From: Dehalococcoidia bacterium
GTDB lineage: Bacteria; Chloroflexota; Dehalococcoidia; Plut-88900
Length of the DNA: 64,000 nucleotides
Assembly: GCA_965197585.1 (NCBI GenBank)
Contig: OZ240215.1
Span: forward strand, 1,280,001-1,344,000
Direction: 5' to 3'
The translations under genes and the position numbers were made by a program. The notes under the pieces were generated by a model that was given only the letters and a program-made list of their open reading frames with translations, was not told the origin of the DNA and did not search any database. Positions 1 to 9,542 of this stretch are shown here, one piece after another. Positions within the stretch are counted from its first letter, which is position 1. The number at the start of each line of letters is the position of its first letter.

Positions 1-956
1 CCGACCCCACACCGACTCCCATTCCGGCAGTCAACTACTTCGAAGGCGTCCCCGGTATCGTCGACCCCGCCAACTTCGGCTGGCCTCGTGAAGTCGAGGG
101 ACTGAACGGCATCGTCAGCATCCCGAGCAAACCTCTCCGTGTCATCACGGCCTCCGTCGGCCACGACGAAATAACTCTGGCATTGGTGCCTAAAGAAAGG
201 CTCGTCGGAGTAGGAAGTTCTACCAAGAGTGTTGCCTATTCCAACGTGGCCTCTTTGGTTCAGGACACATCCGAGATCACCCGTGACCCCGAGACCATAA
301 TCACCCTATCCCCGGACGTCGTTGTCACCAGCCCCTTCTTTTCGGCAGAAGGCATTGACGCCCTTTCAAGGCTCGGCATTCCGGTAGTCCAGACCGACTT
401 GCAACAGGGCCCCGAGGCACGAATAGACAACATTCTGCTCATGGGTTACATCTACGGCGAGGAAAACCGTGCCGTAGAGTTCGCCGCAGAGGTGAAGGAT
501 AGATATGAATCTCTGGTGTCAGTCACCGAAGCAGCAGGGCCGAAGCCTCGGGTGCTGGCGTTGACCCAGTATTCCGACACCATCTGGACCGCCGGCAGAA
601 ACTCTACAGAGGGCAGTGTCATTACTGCCGCAGGTGGAATCAATGCAGCCGAAGAAGCAGGAATAGAAAGTAACCAGACTACGAGTCTGGAGGGAGTCAT
701 CGCCATGTCTCCCGATATCATCGTCATTGCCCAACCCGTGGAATTCGGCGCCGCCGAGTTCCGCCAAAGCCTCCTCGACAACGAAGCCCTCGCCGAGGTC
801 CCTGCAATCAAGAACGGCCAGGTTCACTTAGTTGAAGGCAAGCACTTCACCACGCTCTCCTACTGGAACATCCGTGGCGCTGAAGATTTGGCCCATTTAC
901 TTTGGCCGAACCTATTCCCAGAACCCATAACCACCCCATTCACCCTCGCCGAATAG
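1..956 (+). CDS. ABC transporter substrate-binding protein, cobalamin/Fe-siderophore (BtuF-like), 5'-truncated by the window edge
   Basis: Frame is open from position 3 (DPTPTPIP...SIPSKPLRVIT). Periplasmic-binding-protein type 2 motifs PETIITLSPDVV, SLEGVIAMSPDII, VPAIKNGQVH. Followed by an ABC ATPase and a cobU remnant. Confidence 0.85.
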   Translation, partial: DPTPTPIPAVNYFEGVPGIVDPANFGWPREVEGLNGIVSIPSKPLRVITASVGHDEITLALVPKERLVGVGSSTKSVAYSNVASLVQDTSEITRDPETIITLSPDVVVTSPFFSAEGIDALSRLGIPVVQTDLQQGPEARIDNILLMGYIYGEENRAVEFAAEVKDRYESLVSVTEAAGPKPRVLALTQYSDTIWTAGRNSTEGSVITAAGGINAAEEAGIESNQTTSLEGVIAMSPDIIVIAQPVEFGAAEFRQSLLDNEALAEVPAIKNGQVHLVEGKHFTTLSYWNIRGAEDLAHLLWPNLFPEPITTPFTLAE

Positions 957-961
957 AGTAC

Positions 962-1771
962 ATGATGAAAAACGGCACATCTCTTGCAATCAACGCGCAT
1001 GCCCTCTCCTACGAGGTCGACGCAAAAGCCCTGCTGTCCAACGTGGACTTACACGCCAAGCGTGGTCAGTTCGTTGGGCTGATAGGCCCAAACGGGGCGG
1101 GTAAGACCACCCTTCTCAGGGCCTTGGCAGGAATTCTCCGCTATCGGGAAGGCGCCGTACTGTTGGAGGGCGCCGACTTGAAGGATGCCACTCCTAAGAA
1201 AATTGCAAAGACCCTCGGGCTCGTCCCCCAGATTGCTCCCTACACCCACGGTTTCACCGCTCTCGAGCTGGTGGTAATGGGCCGGTACCCCCACATAGGT
1301 CGGTTCCAGATCGAGGGTAAGGAAGACGGTCAAATCGCCAGGAACGCGATGAAGTTGACCGAGACAGAGCAGTTCGCCGACCGGACCCTCGATACCCTTT
1401 CCGGCGGAGAGCGCCAACGGGTCTTCGTCGCTCGGGCCCTGGCTCAGCAGCCCCGCATCCTCTTGCTGGACGAACCGACGTCCAACCTTGATGTCCTTCA
1501 TCAACTCAAGGTGCTCGGCCTCGTGAGGCGGCTCGTTGACGACGGCCTGACGGCAGTTGCCGCCATCCACGACCTCCATATGGCTGCACGTTATTGCGAT
1601 CAGCTTGTACTTATGAAAGATGGCCGGGTCCTTGCCCAGGGCTCCCCCGAGGAAGTCCTGACTCCCGAGATAATCGAATCCGCCTTCGGCGTCAAAGCAT
1701 CCGTCTACCGAGACCCGATAACGGACTCTCTTACCATGACCTTGATCGGCCCTGCGGATGAGCGTCCATAA
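962..1771 (+). CDS. ABC transporter ATP-binding protein (BtuD/FepC family)
   Basis: Walker A GPNGAGKT, signature LSGGERQRV, Walker B LLLDEPT, H-loop IHDL. ATG at 962. Confidence 0.93.
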   Translation: MMKNGTSLAINAHALSYEVDAKALLSNVDLHAKRGQFVGLIGPNGAGKTTLLRALAGILRYREGAVLLEGADLKDATPKKIAKTLGLVPQIAPYTHGFTALELVVMGRYPHIGRFQIEGKEDGQIARNAMKLTETEQFADRTLDTLSGGERQRVFVARALAQQPRILLLDEPTSNLDVLHQLKVLGLVRRLVDDGLTAVAAIHDLHMAARYCDQLVLMKDGRVLAQGSPEEVLTPEIIESAFGVKASVYRDPITDSLTMTLIGPADERP

Positions 1772-1920
1772 GTTGGGATAGCGGTTCAGGTCGGCGTAGT
1801 ACCCGCCACCGAGTTAGGCCGCATCTACGCCGACGAGCTTGGCCGTGCCAACCAACTCATCGCTGCTGAGGCTGACGAAGTCTATTTCATGGCCGCCGGG
1901 CTGCCGCTTACCCTAAAAAG
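1772..1920 (+). pseudogene. cobU: C-terminal remnant of adenosylcobinamide kinase/guanylyltransferase (CobU/CobP)
   Basis: Translates to [42 protein letters not shown], the typical CobU C-terminus. No start codon and no N-terminal P-loop. The frame runs on to TGA at 2021-2023. Confidence 0.8.
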
Positions 1921-2025
1921 CCCAAATCGCCAGGACACTACAGCCGTCCGTCATGCCATCAATCTTAGCAATCTCCGACGACGCCTAAGACAAGTTAATC
2001 AGTCACCACGCATTGGTCAGTGAAA

Positions 2026-2100
2026 TGGTGGGCCCGCCTGGATTCGAACCAGGGACCAATCGGTTATGAGCCGACCGCTCTGCCGCTGAGCTACGAGCCC
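2026..2100 (-). tRNA. tRNA with CAT anticodon, most likely tRNA-Ile2 (lysidine-modified); CCA is encoded
   Basis: Reverse complement GGGCTCGTAGCTCAGCGGCAGAGCGGTCGG-CTCATAA-CCGATTGGTCCCTGGTTCGAATCCAGGCGGGCCCACCA folds as a cloverleaf. It has a paired G1-C72 and lacks the initiator GGG/CCC anticodon stem. Elongator Met is not fully excluded. Confidence 0.9.
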
Positions 2101-2204
2101 CAGGAACTCAATTCTATCCCACCCCTCCCCACCCCGCAACACGGCTCTGCCGTGATATCCTAACCCCCCAAGCCCCATCTACCCCCCTGAGAAACTATAC
2201 CCTT

Positions 2205-2948
2205 ATGCACACGAAAACTGTCAAATTCACCTCCGAAGACCAGACCGTACGCGGAGACCTCATCCTCTCCGCTCCCGGGTCCCCCTGCATCCTTATGTCC
2301 CACGGCTTCGAGGCCAGCAAGGACGGTACCAAGTGGTCGTTCCTTACGCCAAAACTAGTTGATCGCGATTATACCGTACTCAAGTTCAACTACCGGGGCT
2401 GCGGCTACGGCTCGGATGCCAGCAACGGCCTTTTCGAGAACACTACCCTATCAGCCCGCATCGCCGACTACCGCGCCGCCCTCGACTTCCTCCAAGCCGC
2501 TGATGTCGACCCGAGCCGTATCGCCGTCATTGGCTCAAGCTTCGGTGGTGAAATTCCCGTCGCCGCCCAAGACCCTCGGGTCAAAGCCTATGTCCTTCTC
2601 GCCACCCCATCCCGACCCCAAACGCCCACCGAGGAACAGCTTGCCGAATGCCGAGCCACCGGTTATTTCTCTCTCCCCTCGGGCAAGAGGCTCACACAGG
2701 CGTATTTCGAGGATGGGGAACGTTACGACCTGTGCAATGCCGCCTCTAAGCTGGCTCGACCCACCTTGATCATCCACGGCAGTCTCGACGACGACGTCCC
2801 GGTTGAGCAGGCTAGGGAACTCTACGCCCACGCCCAAGAACCCAAGAGACTCGAAATATTCGAAGGCGCCGAACACGCCCTGCGCAGGACGGAGGACATG
2901 CAACGCATCCTCAAACTGAGCCTCGGCTGGCTGGAATTTTACCTGTAG
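2205..2948 (+). CDS. Alpha/beta-fold hydrolase
   Basis: HGF oxyanion motif, nucleophile elbow GSSFGG, IIHGSLDDDV, EGAEH (Ser-Asp-His triad). Confidence 0.9.
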   Translation: MHTKTVKFTSEDQTVRGDLILSAPGSPCILMSHGFEASKDGTKWSFLTPKLVDRDYTVLKFNYRGCGYGSDASNGLFENTTLSARIADYRAALDFLQAADVDPSRIAVIGSSFGGEIPVAAQDPRVKAYVLLATPSRPQTPTEEQLAECRATGYFSLPSGKRLTQAYFEDGERYDLCNAASKLARPTLIIHGSLDDDVPVEQARELYAHAQEPKRLEIFEGAEHALRRTEDMQRILKLSLGWLEFYL

Positions 2949-2962
2949 TAGACCGTCCGGCC

Positions 2963-4105
2963 CTAGTTCAGCTTGTACAGGTCCAGCGCATTGTCGCCCA
3001 TGACCTTGCGCTGGTCGTCCTCCGGGAGCTTGGAAAGCGTTTCCCTGAGCGTCTTCACCGGCCCGGTCCACGAGTCCGAGTGCGGATAGTCGTAAGCCCA
3101 CAGCACCCTGTCAGCCCCCAGGAGTTCTGCCGTAAGCGCTCCATATTCGTCTTCCGGCTCCATGGAGATCCAACCTCGGGTCTTGAAATAGGTGCTCGGC
3201 TCCTCTTTCGACTCCATCGAGAATCCGACGACCTCAAACTTCTCATCCATCCTGTCCAGGATGTAGGGCATCCACAAAGTCCCCGACTCCAGAACTACCA
3301 GCCGGAACGTCGGGAATCGGTCGAAAACTCCCCCTTGGAAGAAGGTCATGAAACTGAGCTGAATATCCTGTGAGGTGCTGAAGATCCACCAGGAAGGCTT
3401 GTCAATCTCGGGGTGCAGGAGGCTTCCCGCCGGAGTTCCTCCAGCGCTCACGTGCAACGCGGGCGGAAGGTCCTGCTCCTGGAATTCCTCCCACAACGGG
3501 TCCCAATACCGTGTCCCGTAGGACCTGTCGTGGGGAGGCGTAGCCGGGCACATTACCGCCCTTGGCCCGACCCCTGCAGTCCTCTTCAATTCCTTGACCG
3601 CCTCGTTCACGTCCGTCCAGGGAAGCGCGATGGCCGGATAAAGCCGGTCGGGGTGTGCACTGCAAAAGTCGACAAGCCAGTCGTTATATACGCGGCAATA
3701 GGCCGCAGCAAGCATCGGGTCTTTGGTTCCCCCTATCCAGCTCAGTCCCAGCGACGGGTATAGAATACTCTTGTCGATCCCTTCCATATCCATCAATTCG
3801 ACCCGGGCGTCGGGATCACAGGCCCCGGGATTCATCTCGCGGCCCTGCTCCCAGGTAACCGACGGGTTTTCGAAAATATTCTTCTGCCGCCACTCGCGGG
3901 TCCTGCTTACGGTTGCCATGTTGGCGCTCGTGCCCTTGCTTAGGAATACATCGCCTTTGCCTTCGGCGAACCACTGCTCCAGCCCATCCTCCCCGACTCC
4001 CATGTGCATCGCCATATCCCGATATTCAGGCTCGATGTTCTTGACCCAAAGGTCTGACGGCTCCAGGATGTGACCATCGACATCTATAACGAGTGACTTA
4101 TTCAC
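2963..4105 (-). CDS. Amidohydrolase-2 family metallo-hydrolase/decarboxylase
   Basis: DVDGHILEP N-terminal motif, EGIDKSILYPS, LH, LESG, WAYDYPHSD. Confidence 0.9.
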   Translation of the reverse strand: MNKSLVIDVDGHILEPSDLWVKNIEPEYRDMAMHMGVGEDGLEQWFAEGKGDVFLSKGTSANMATVSRTREWRQKNIFENPSVTWEQGREMNPGACDPDARVELMDMEGIDKSILYPSLGLSWIGGTKDPMLAAAYCRVYNDWLVDFCSAHPDRLYPAIALPWTDVNEAVKELKRTAGVGPRAVMCPATPPHDRSYGTRYWDPLWEEFQEQDLPPALHVSAGGTPAGSLLHPEIDKPSWWIFSTSQDIQLSFMTFFQGGVFDRFPTFRLVVLESGTLWMPYILDRMDEKFEVVGFSMESKEEPSTYFKTRGWISMEPEDEYGALTAELLGADRVLWAYDYPHSDSWTGPVKTLRETLSKLPEDDQRKVMGDNALDLYKLN

Positions 4106-4188
4106 GCCTTTTTACCTCCTGGCTCAAAACCGGCTATTGGTGCCCCTATTATATAGTCCCCGCTCGTCTCTTTCCCAAGATTGCCTCT

Positions 4189-5331
4189 CTATTGCAACCG
4201 ATATAGCTCAACCGCATTGTCCCCCGCCACGAGACAGCGTTCTTCCGGCGATAGACCTTCCAGCAGCTTCGTAAGGTGCTTTATGGGTTCAGTTTCCGAA
4301 TCGGAATGCGGGTAGTCGTACGCCCATAATACTCTATCCGCTCCCAGATTCTTGATTGCGAACGGCCCGAATTCGTCGTTCGGCTCCAGCGATATCCAGC
4401 ACTGCGTCTTGAAGTACTCGCTCGGCCGCATCATCGACTCCGCCGTAAAACCAATCACCGACTGCATCTCATCCATCCGCTCTAGAATCCACGGCATCCA
4501 CGCACACCCCGCCTCCAGCACTACTAACCTGAGTTCCGGGAAACGGTCAAACACCCCACCTTGAAAGAAGCTCACGAAACCCAGAATCGTGTCGAGGGGC
4601 CCGGTCACGAAGTCCCACCAGTTCGGCTGGGTAAACTCCGGGTACAGGATGCTGCCCACAGTCGTCCCCGCATTGCCCACGTGAAGCGACACCGGAATCC
4701 CCTGGTAAACAAACTCCGCCCATACCGGGTCCCATCGAGCGCGCCCGTAGGACGTGTCACCCGGCGGTGTATTGGGCGCCATCACCGCCCTAGCCCCGAA
4801 CCCCGAGGTCCTCTTCATCTCCTGTACGGTCAATTGCACGTCCCCCCAGGGCAGGGTGGTGGCAGGAAACAGTCGGCCCGGGACCTGGGAACAAAAATCC
4901 CGGATCCAGTTGTTGTAGGCACGGCAGTGCGTCGCACTCAACTCCCCATCCTCAATCCGGGGCAAGGTGAGACCTATGGACGGATAGAGGATACTTATGT
5001 CGATTCCCTCCTCGTTCATCATCCCCTCACGGCGGTCCGGTTGCCATGCCGGTGGATTCATCGCCAGACCTTCAGCCCAACCAACGCGATGGTTGTCGAA
5101 GATGTTTTCCTTCCGCCATTCCAAGCTTTTGCCAATGGAGGCTGCATCAGCCGCCGTCCCACCCGAGAAGAATGCAATGGGCCGCCGGTCGACGCTCCAG
5201 CACTCCAACCCAGCCCGATCTTCCTCCACCCGCATGGCCCTGTCACGGAACGCGGGTTCGATGTATTCCAGCCAAAGGTCGACGGGCTCAAGAATGTGCC
5301 CGTCCACGTCTACGTATCGGATATTGGTCAT
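4189..5331 (-). CDS. Amidohydrolase-2 family protein (tandem paralog of 2963-4105)
   Basis: DVDGHILEP, EGIDISILYPS, GADRVLWAYDYPHSD. ATG at 5331 lies just downstream of the ureohydrolase stop. Confidence 0.9.
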   Translation of the reverse strand: MTNIRYVDVDGHILEPVDLWLEYIEPAFRDRAMRVEEDRAGLECWSVDRRPIAFFSGGTAADAASIGKSLEWRKENIFDNHRVGWAEGLAMNPPAWQPDRREGMMNEEGIDISILYPSIGLTLPRIEDGELSATHCRAYNNWIRDFCSQVPGRLFPATTLPWGDVQLTVQEMKRTSGFGARAVMAPNTPPGDTSYGRARWDPVWAEFVYQGIPVSLHVGNAGTTVGSILYPEFTQPNWWDFVTGPLDTILGFVSFFQGGVFDRFPELRLVVLEAGCAWMPWILERMDEMQSVIGFTAESMMRPSEYFKTQCWISLEPNDEFGPFAIKNLGADRVLWAYDYPHSDSETEPIKHLTKLLEGLSPEERCLVAGDNAVELYRLQ

Positions 5332-5338
5332 CGCGCCC

Positions 5339-6391
5339 CTAGTAGGAAAACCCCCCACCCCCCGTCGGCTGCCCGGTCTTCATGTCTATGGTCTCGAACA
5401 ACCGGGGCCCGAGAGCCGCCAGCAGCCCGAGCGCCGCCAGGTGCATCGTCCTGTCCGTCGGGTCCAGGGGTGGGGCCACCTCACACAGGTCTATACCCTT
5501 CACAATGTCGTACTGGCCGAGAGCCGTCATCAGCGATAGGAATTCCCGGGCCCGGATACCCTGGTAAACGCACGCGGTCGTCCCCGGCGACTCCGATCCG
5601 TCTACAACGTCAATGTCCACACTCACGTACACAGCGTCCACACTCGCCGCCGCAACTTCCAACACTTCCTTGAGAGCTTCCTCGATTCCCTTGTCCAGCA
5701 TCTGCCGCGCCGTCACCATCTTCAGACTGTGGTCGGTGTACATCCGATACTGCTCGGCATCTAGGACTGCGCCATTCAGCCCCAGCCACGCCATATTCTT
5801 GTAGGAGATGGTAGCGTTCTCGCTGATGCGCCTGGCAGACGTGCCGTGATTAAATCGGCTGCCTGCCTGCAGTTCGTCCCAGAAATCGGGATGGCTGTCG
5901 ATGTGCAGGTACCCAATCCGTGGACTCGAATACCTCTCCATCATCCCCCTCGCAAACCCGAGAAAGCCCGGGTAGCAAACGTAGTGGTCGCCCCCAAGGA
6001 TTACCGGCGAGCCCCCCCGACGCACGATATCGCTCACCCCCGAGGCCACACCCTCCGTGGTCACCATGATGTCCTGGGGAGAAATATCCAGGTCGCCGAT
6101 GTCGGCCAGGAGCCCGTCACCCTTGAACCGAAACCCCATGTGCGAGTCCAGGTCGACCGTCGTGCGGTCTTCGGCCATCTCCTGCACCATCCGATACTTG
6201 TACGTCCCCTCCCGTATGCCCCGAGGCCCGAACCGCGCACCCTTCCTCCCGATGTTGATTCCCTCGTCAATCGGCACCCCCGCCACCACCGTCATCCCTT
6301 CCTTCACTTCCTCCCTCCCGATGATCGGCGCCCCGAAGAAGGACGGAAATCCTACGTATGAGTTGATGTAGCCCGGCTTGGTTACTGCCAT
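5339..6391 (-). CDS. Ureohydrolase (agmatinase/arginase family)
   Basis: GARFGPRGIR, GGDH, HIDSHPD, NHGT, SVDIDVVD, DLCEVAP. RBS GGAGGT upstream. Confidence 0.9.
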   Translation of the reverse strand: MAVTKPGYINSYVGFPSFFGAPIIGREEVKEGMTVVAGVPIDEGINIGRKGARFGPRGIREGTYKYRMVQEMAEDRTTVDLDSHMGFRFKGDGLLADIGDLDISPQDIMVTTEGVASGVSDIVRRGGSPVILGGDHYVCYPGFLGFARGMMERYSSPRIGYLHIDSHPDFWDELQAGSRFNHGTSARRISENATISYKNMAWLGLNGAVLDAEQYRMYTDHSLKMVTARQMLDKGIEEALKEVLEVAAASVDAVYVSVDIDVVDGSESPGTTACVYQGIRAREFLSLMTALGQYDIVKGIDLCEVAPPLDPTDRTMHLAALGLLAALGPRLFETIDMKTGQPTGGGGFSY

Positions 6392-6484
6392 ATTGCACCT
6401 CCGGTTGGTGGAAACCGCGCTAATTTAACCCCCACCCCTGAGATAGGTCAACAAACCACTTGCTGATCCCGTTCACATAGAGGG

Positions 6485-6527
6485 GTGACATATCCCCCTT
6501 GACTTCATAAGACACATGTTCTATTAT
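6485..6527 (+). promoter_or_regulatory. Sigma70-type promoter with overlapping degenerate LexA-like box (copy 1 of a dispersed module)
   Basis: GTGACA-TATCCCCC-TTGACT-17 nt-TATTAT. The bottom strand reads AGAAC-ATGT-GTCTT. Confidence 0.55.
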
Positions 6528-7271
6528 TGGGCCAGTCTAGACCCGACACCCACCTTAAGGAGGTACCAAAAACTAGGGAAGCCCACTCGACCCACCCGAG
6601 GACTCAACGCCCAAGCCCATCCCAACGGGCGGCCCACCCGCCGCCCCGCGGCTCAAGCGAAAGCCGCCATCTCCTCTACCAAGGGCCCCAGCTATCCCTT
6701 CCCTGACCATCAGGCGATGGAAGACGCCCTGGACCGTACTTGAAAGTCTCCTCACGGAGCAACCTTGTCCCATGGAGCGGAACGGGGCAGCCCGTAGCCG
6801 AGGACTTCTCGGCTCTCCGTCCGCTTCCTCAAATAAACTGGGCTGCCGCCGTCTCCCGGCTCCGGGACATCGTCGGCTAACTGGATATCCCGTACTCCTG
6901 CGAGGGGAACTGACCCTGGACTTTCCCCTTCCTGCACTCGCCTACGGCGGACAGCGCAGCCAACCCTGCATCGGAGCCTATGACGGATGACGGACCCGTA
7001 CGTCCGACCATACTTCCAGGTCTAGGCGGCGGCGGAGCCCCGTCCCCACGTTCCCGGGACGCCTCCATGCCCGCATTATCTAAATATAGGGAGCCTAATC
7101 CAGCAAGCGTCTTTCATCGCCTTCCCAAAACCCAACAGACAGAACGGAAACCGAAACTCCACAATCGAAGATCCGCCTCTGGAGGACTAAAGAAAAACCC
7201 GGTGTGTCACTAACGTGTCAAACGAATGCAATCGCTTGTACGAACGGCATGGGCAGACTAGAATTGCCTCC

Positions 7272-8267
7272 ATGACTACCCAACCCACTCCCGACCCCGA
7301 ACCCTCCTTCATCGGCCTGCCCTCTTTCCTCAAGCTGCCCTACGTCACCGACCCCGCTGAACTCAAACGCCTCGCCCCCGACGTGGCGATCATGGGCGCA
7401 CCCTTCGATATGGGGACCACCATAAGGCCGGGAACGAGGTTCGGGCCCCGGGCCATTCGCCAGGCCGCAGGATACGTCGGCGGCAGTCCCGTCGAGCCCA
7501 TGTACCACGTCTCCCTCAAGGTCGCCCCCTTCGCCGTCCTCAAGGTCGTGGATTTCGGCGATGCCAACTGCTCTCCCCACTCCCTGGAACTCGCCCACGC
7601 CGCCATCAATCGCAAAGTCTCCGACGCCCTGGCCGCCAACACCCTTCCTATAGTCCTCGGCGGCGACCACTCGATAACCCTTCCAGCCGCTACCGCCGTC
7701 GCCGACGCCTGGGGACGAGGCAAGGTCGGCATCATCCACTTTGACTCCCACGCCGACACCGCCCCAGACAGCTTCGGAGGCAGCCTGATCGCCCACGGCA
7801 GCCCCATGCGCAGGCTCATCGAAAGCGGCTCCGTCCTCCCCAGGAACTTCGTCCAGATCGGCCTCCGGGGCTACTGGCCCCCCGCCGAGGTCTGGCAATG
7901 GATGGAAGAGCAAGGCATGCGCTGGCACCTCATGACCGAGCTCGAAGAGCGTGGTTTCGACGTTGTCATGGACGAGGCCATCAATGAAGCCCTGGACGGC
8001 CCCGAGTTTATCTACCTCTCCGTGGATATCGATGTCCTTGACCCGGGCTTCGCGCCTGGCACCGGCACCCCGGAACCCGGAGGCATGAACCCCAGCCAGC
8101 TTCTCCGCGCCGTCCGGAACATCGTTTCTCGGGTCAACCTAGTCGCCATGGACGTCGTGGAAGTCTCTCCACCCTACGACGGTCCGGGCGCGGTCACCGC
8201 CGAGCACGCCCACCGGGTCGTCGTTGAAGCCATAGCCGCACTAGCCCACAAACGCACATTCTCCTAA
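7272..8267 (+). CDS. Agmatinase/guanidinobutyrase-like ureohydrolase
   Basis: RPGTRFGPRAIR, GGDHS, HFDSHAD, HGSP, IGLRGYWP, SVDIDVLDP, PGTGTPEPGG, DVVEVSPPYD. Confidence 0.92.
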   Translation: MTTQPTPDPEPSFIGLPSFLKLPYVTDPAELKRLAPDVAIMGAPFDMGTTIRPGTRFGPRAIRQAAGYVGGSPVEPMYHVSLKVAPFAVLKVVDFGDANCSPHSLELAHAAINRKVSDALAANTLPIVLGGDHSITLPAATAVADAWGRGKVGIIHFDSHADTAPDSFGGSLIAHGSPMRRLIESGSVLPRNFVQIGLRGYWPPAEVWQWMEEQGMRWHLMTELEERGFDVVMDEAINEALDGPEFIYLSVDIDVLDPGFAPGTGTPEPGGMNPSQLLRAVRNIVSRVNLVAMDVVEVSPPYDGPGAVTAEHAHRVVVEAIAALAHKRTFS

Positions 8268-8390
8268 GGGTTTGCTTGCGCTTGGCGTGGCTAAGGCCCC
8301 TTATGGTAATATCTGCCCACCGGATTCCCACGTCGAACCCCCAAATAAGCCCCTCAGCGGGCCTGTTTAATGAGAGAGGTAGGCTAAGCA

Positions 8391-9524
8391 GTGGTCCTTG
8401 AGCAGCTAATCTCCGCCGACTCCCACGTAGTAGAACCCCCCGACCTCTGGCAGACCCGCACCGACGCCCGTTTCCGGGACAAGGCCCCCAGGGTTGTCAG
8501 GAACGGCAATGTCGACAACTGGGTTGTCGGCGACGACATACTCATTGGCTCCATCGGAGGCCCAACCCAGGCCGGACGCCGGTACACGGACCTCGATTCG
8601 CTCTCCATAGAGGGTAACTACGAGGAGTCCCCGCTGGCAGCCTACGACCCCGATGAGCGCCTCAAGGCTATGGAGGTCGACGGTGTGGTGGGCGAAGTGG
8701 TCTACTCGACCATCGGCACCCGCCTCTACACCGTAGACGTTCGCGGCGACCTCCTTGCCGCCTGCTTCCGTGCCCTCAACGACTGGTCCGCCGACTTCGG
8801 AGCCGCTCACCCCGACAAGCTAAAGGGCACCGCCGCCATCAGCTTCGACAACGTCCCCGAGGCCGTGGTCGAAATCCAGAGAAGCGCTAGGCTCGGCCTC
8901 TCCGGCTTCGTAATCCCCGCCTACCAGTCCGAGGACGAGCATTATGACAATCCCGAGTTCGCCCCAATATGGAGCGCCTTCGAGGACACCGGTATTCCCG
9001 TCGGCATCCACTCCGGCTCCGTACGGCCGGGGCCGGCACGTATCGGCGCATTCGCCAACAACGCTTCCGTGGCGGGCACCGCAGCCTTCAGGGCCACCCA
9101 GGACTACTGGGTCCGCAGGTCCGTAGCGCAGATGATGTTTGGGGGCATATTCGAACGGCACCCGAAACTAAAGGTCGGCGTCGTAGAATACGAACTCTCT
9201 TGGGCCCCATACTTCATCAAGATGATGGACATGGCCTACGAAAAACACCGCTATGTCACCGAGATCAAGTTTAAGGACGACCGGCTCCCCAGCGACGTCT
9301 TCCACCAGAACATGTTCGTCTCCTTCCAGGAGGATGAACTGGGCATCGCTCTGCGCCACGTGATTGGCGTAGAGAACATTATGTTCGGTTCCGACTACCC
9401 CCACCGGGAGTCGACCTGGCCCCGCTCCCGGCAGGTCCTCACCGACGTCCTCTCAGATTGCACCGACGAAGAGAAGCACAAGATCGGCTACCTGAACGCC
9501 GCCAAGCTCTACGGCTTCAACTAG
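8391..9524 (+). CDS. Amidohydrolase-2 family protein
   Basis: ISADSHVVEPPDLW, DGVVGEVVY, FGSDYPHRESTWP. GTG start with GAGAGG RBS. Confidence 0.9.
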   Translation: MVLEQLISADSHVVEPPDLWQTRTDARFRDKAPRVVRNGNVDNWVVGDDILIGSIGGPTQAGRRYTDLDSLSIEGNYEESPLAAYDPDERLKAMEVDGVVGEVVYSTIGTRLYTVDVRGDLLAACFRALNDWSADFGAAHPDKLKGTAAISFDNVPEAVVEIQRSARLGLSGFVIPAYQSEDEHYDNPEFAPIWSAFEDTGIPVGIHSGSVRPGPARIGAFANNASVAGTAAFRATQDYWVRRSVAQMMFGGIFERHPKLKVGVVEYELSWAPYFIKMMDMAYEKHRYVTEIKFKDDRLPSDVFHQNMFVSFQEDELGIALRHVIGVENIMFGSDYPHRESTWPRSRQVLTDVLSDCTDEEKHKIGYLNAAKLYGFN

Positions 9525-9542
9525 CTTACCTGCTTTGAAACC

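Noticed and set aside
6392-7271. Guanidine riboswitch between the ureohydrolases
   Set aside because: No ykkC (CUAGGGUUCCG...GGGAUAAAAGCCC), paired ACGR-hairpin or ykkC-III pattern was recognised by eye; an Infernal scan would be decisive.
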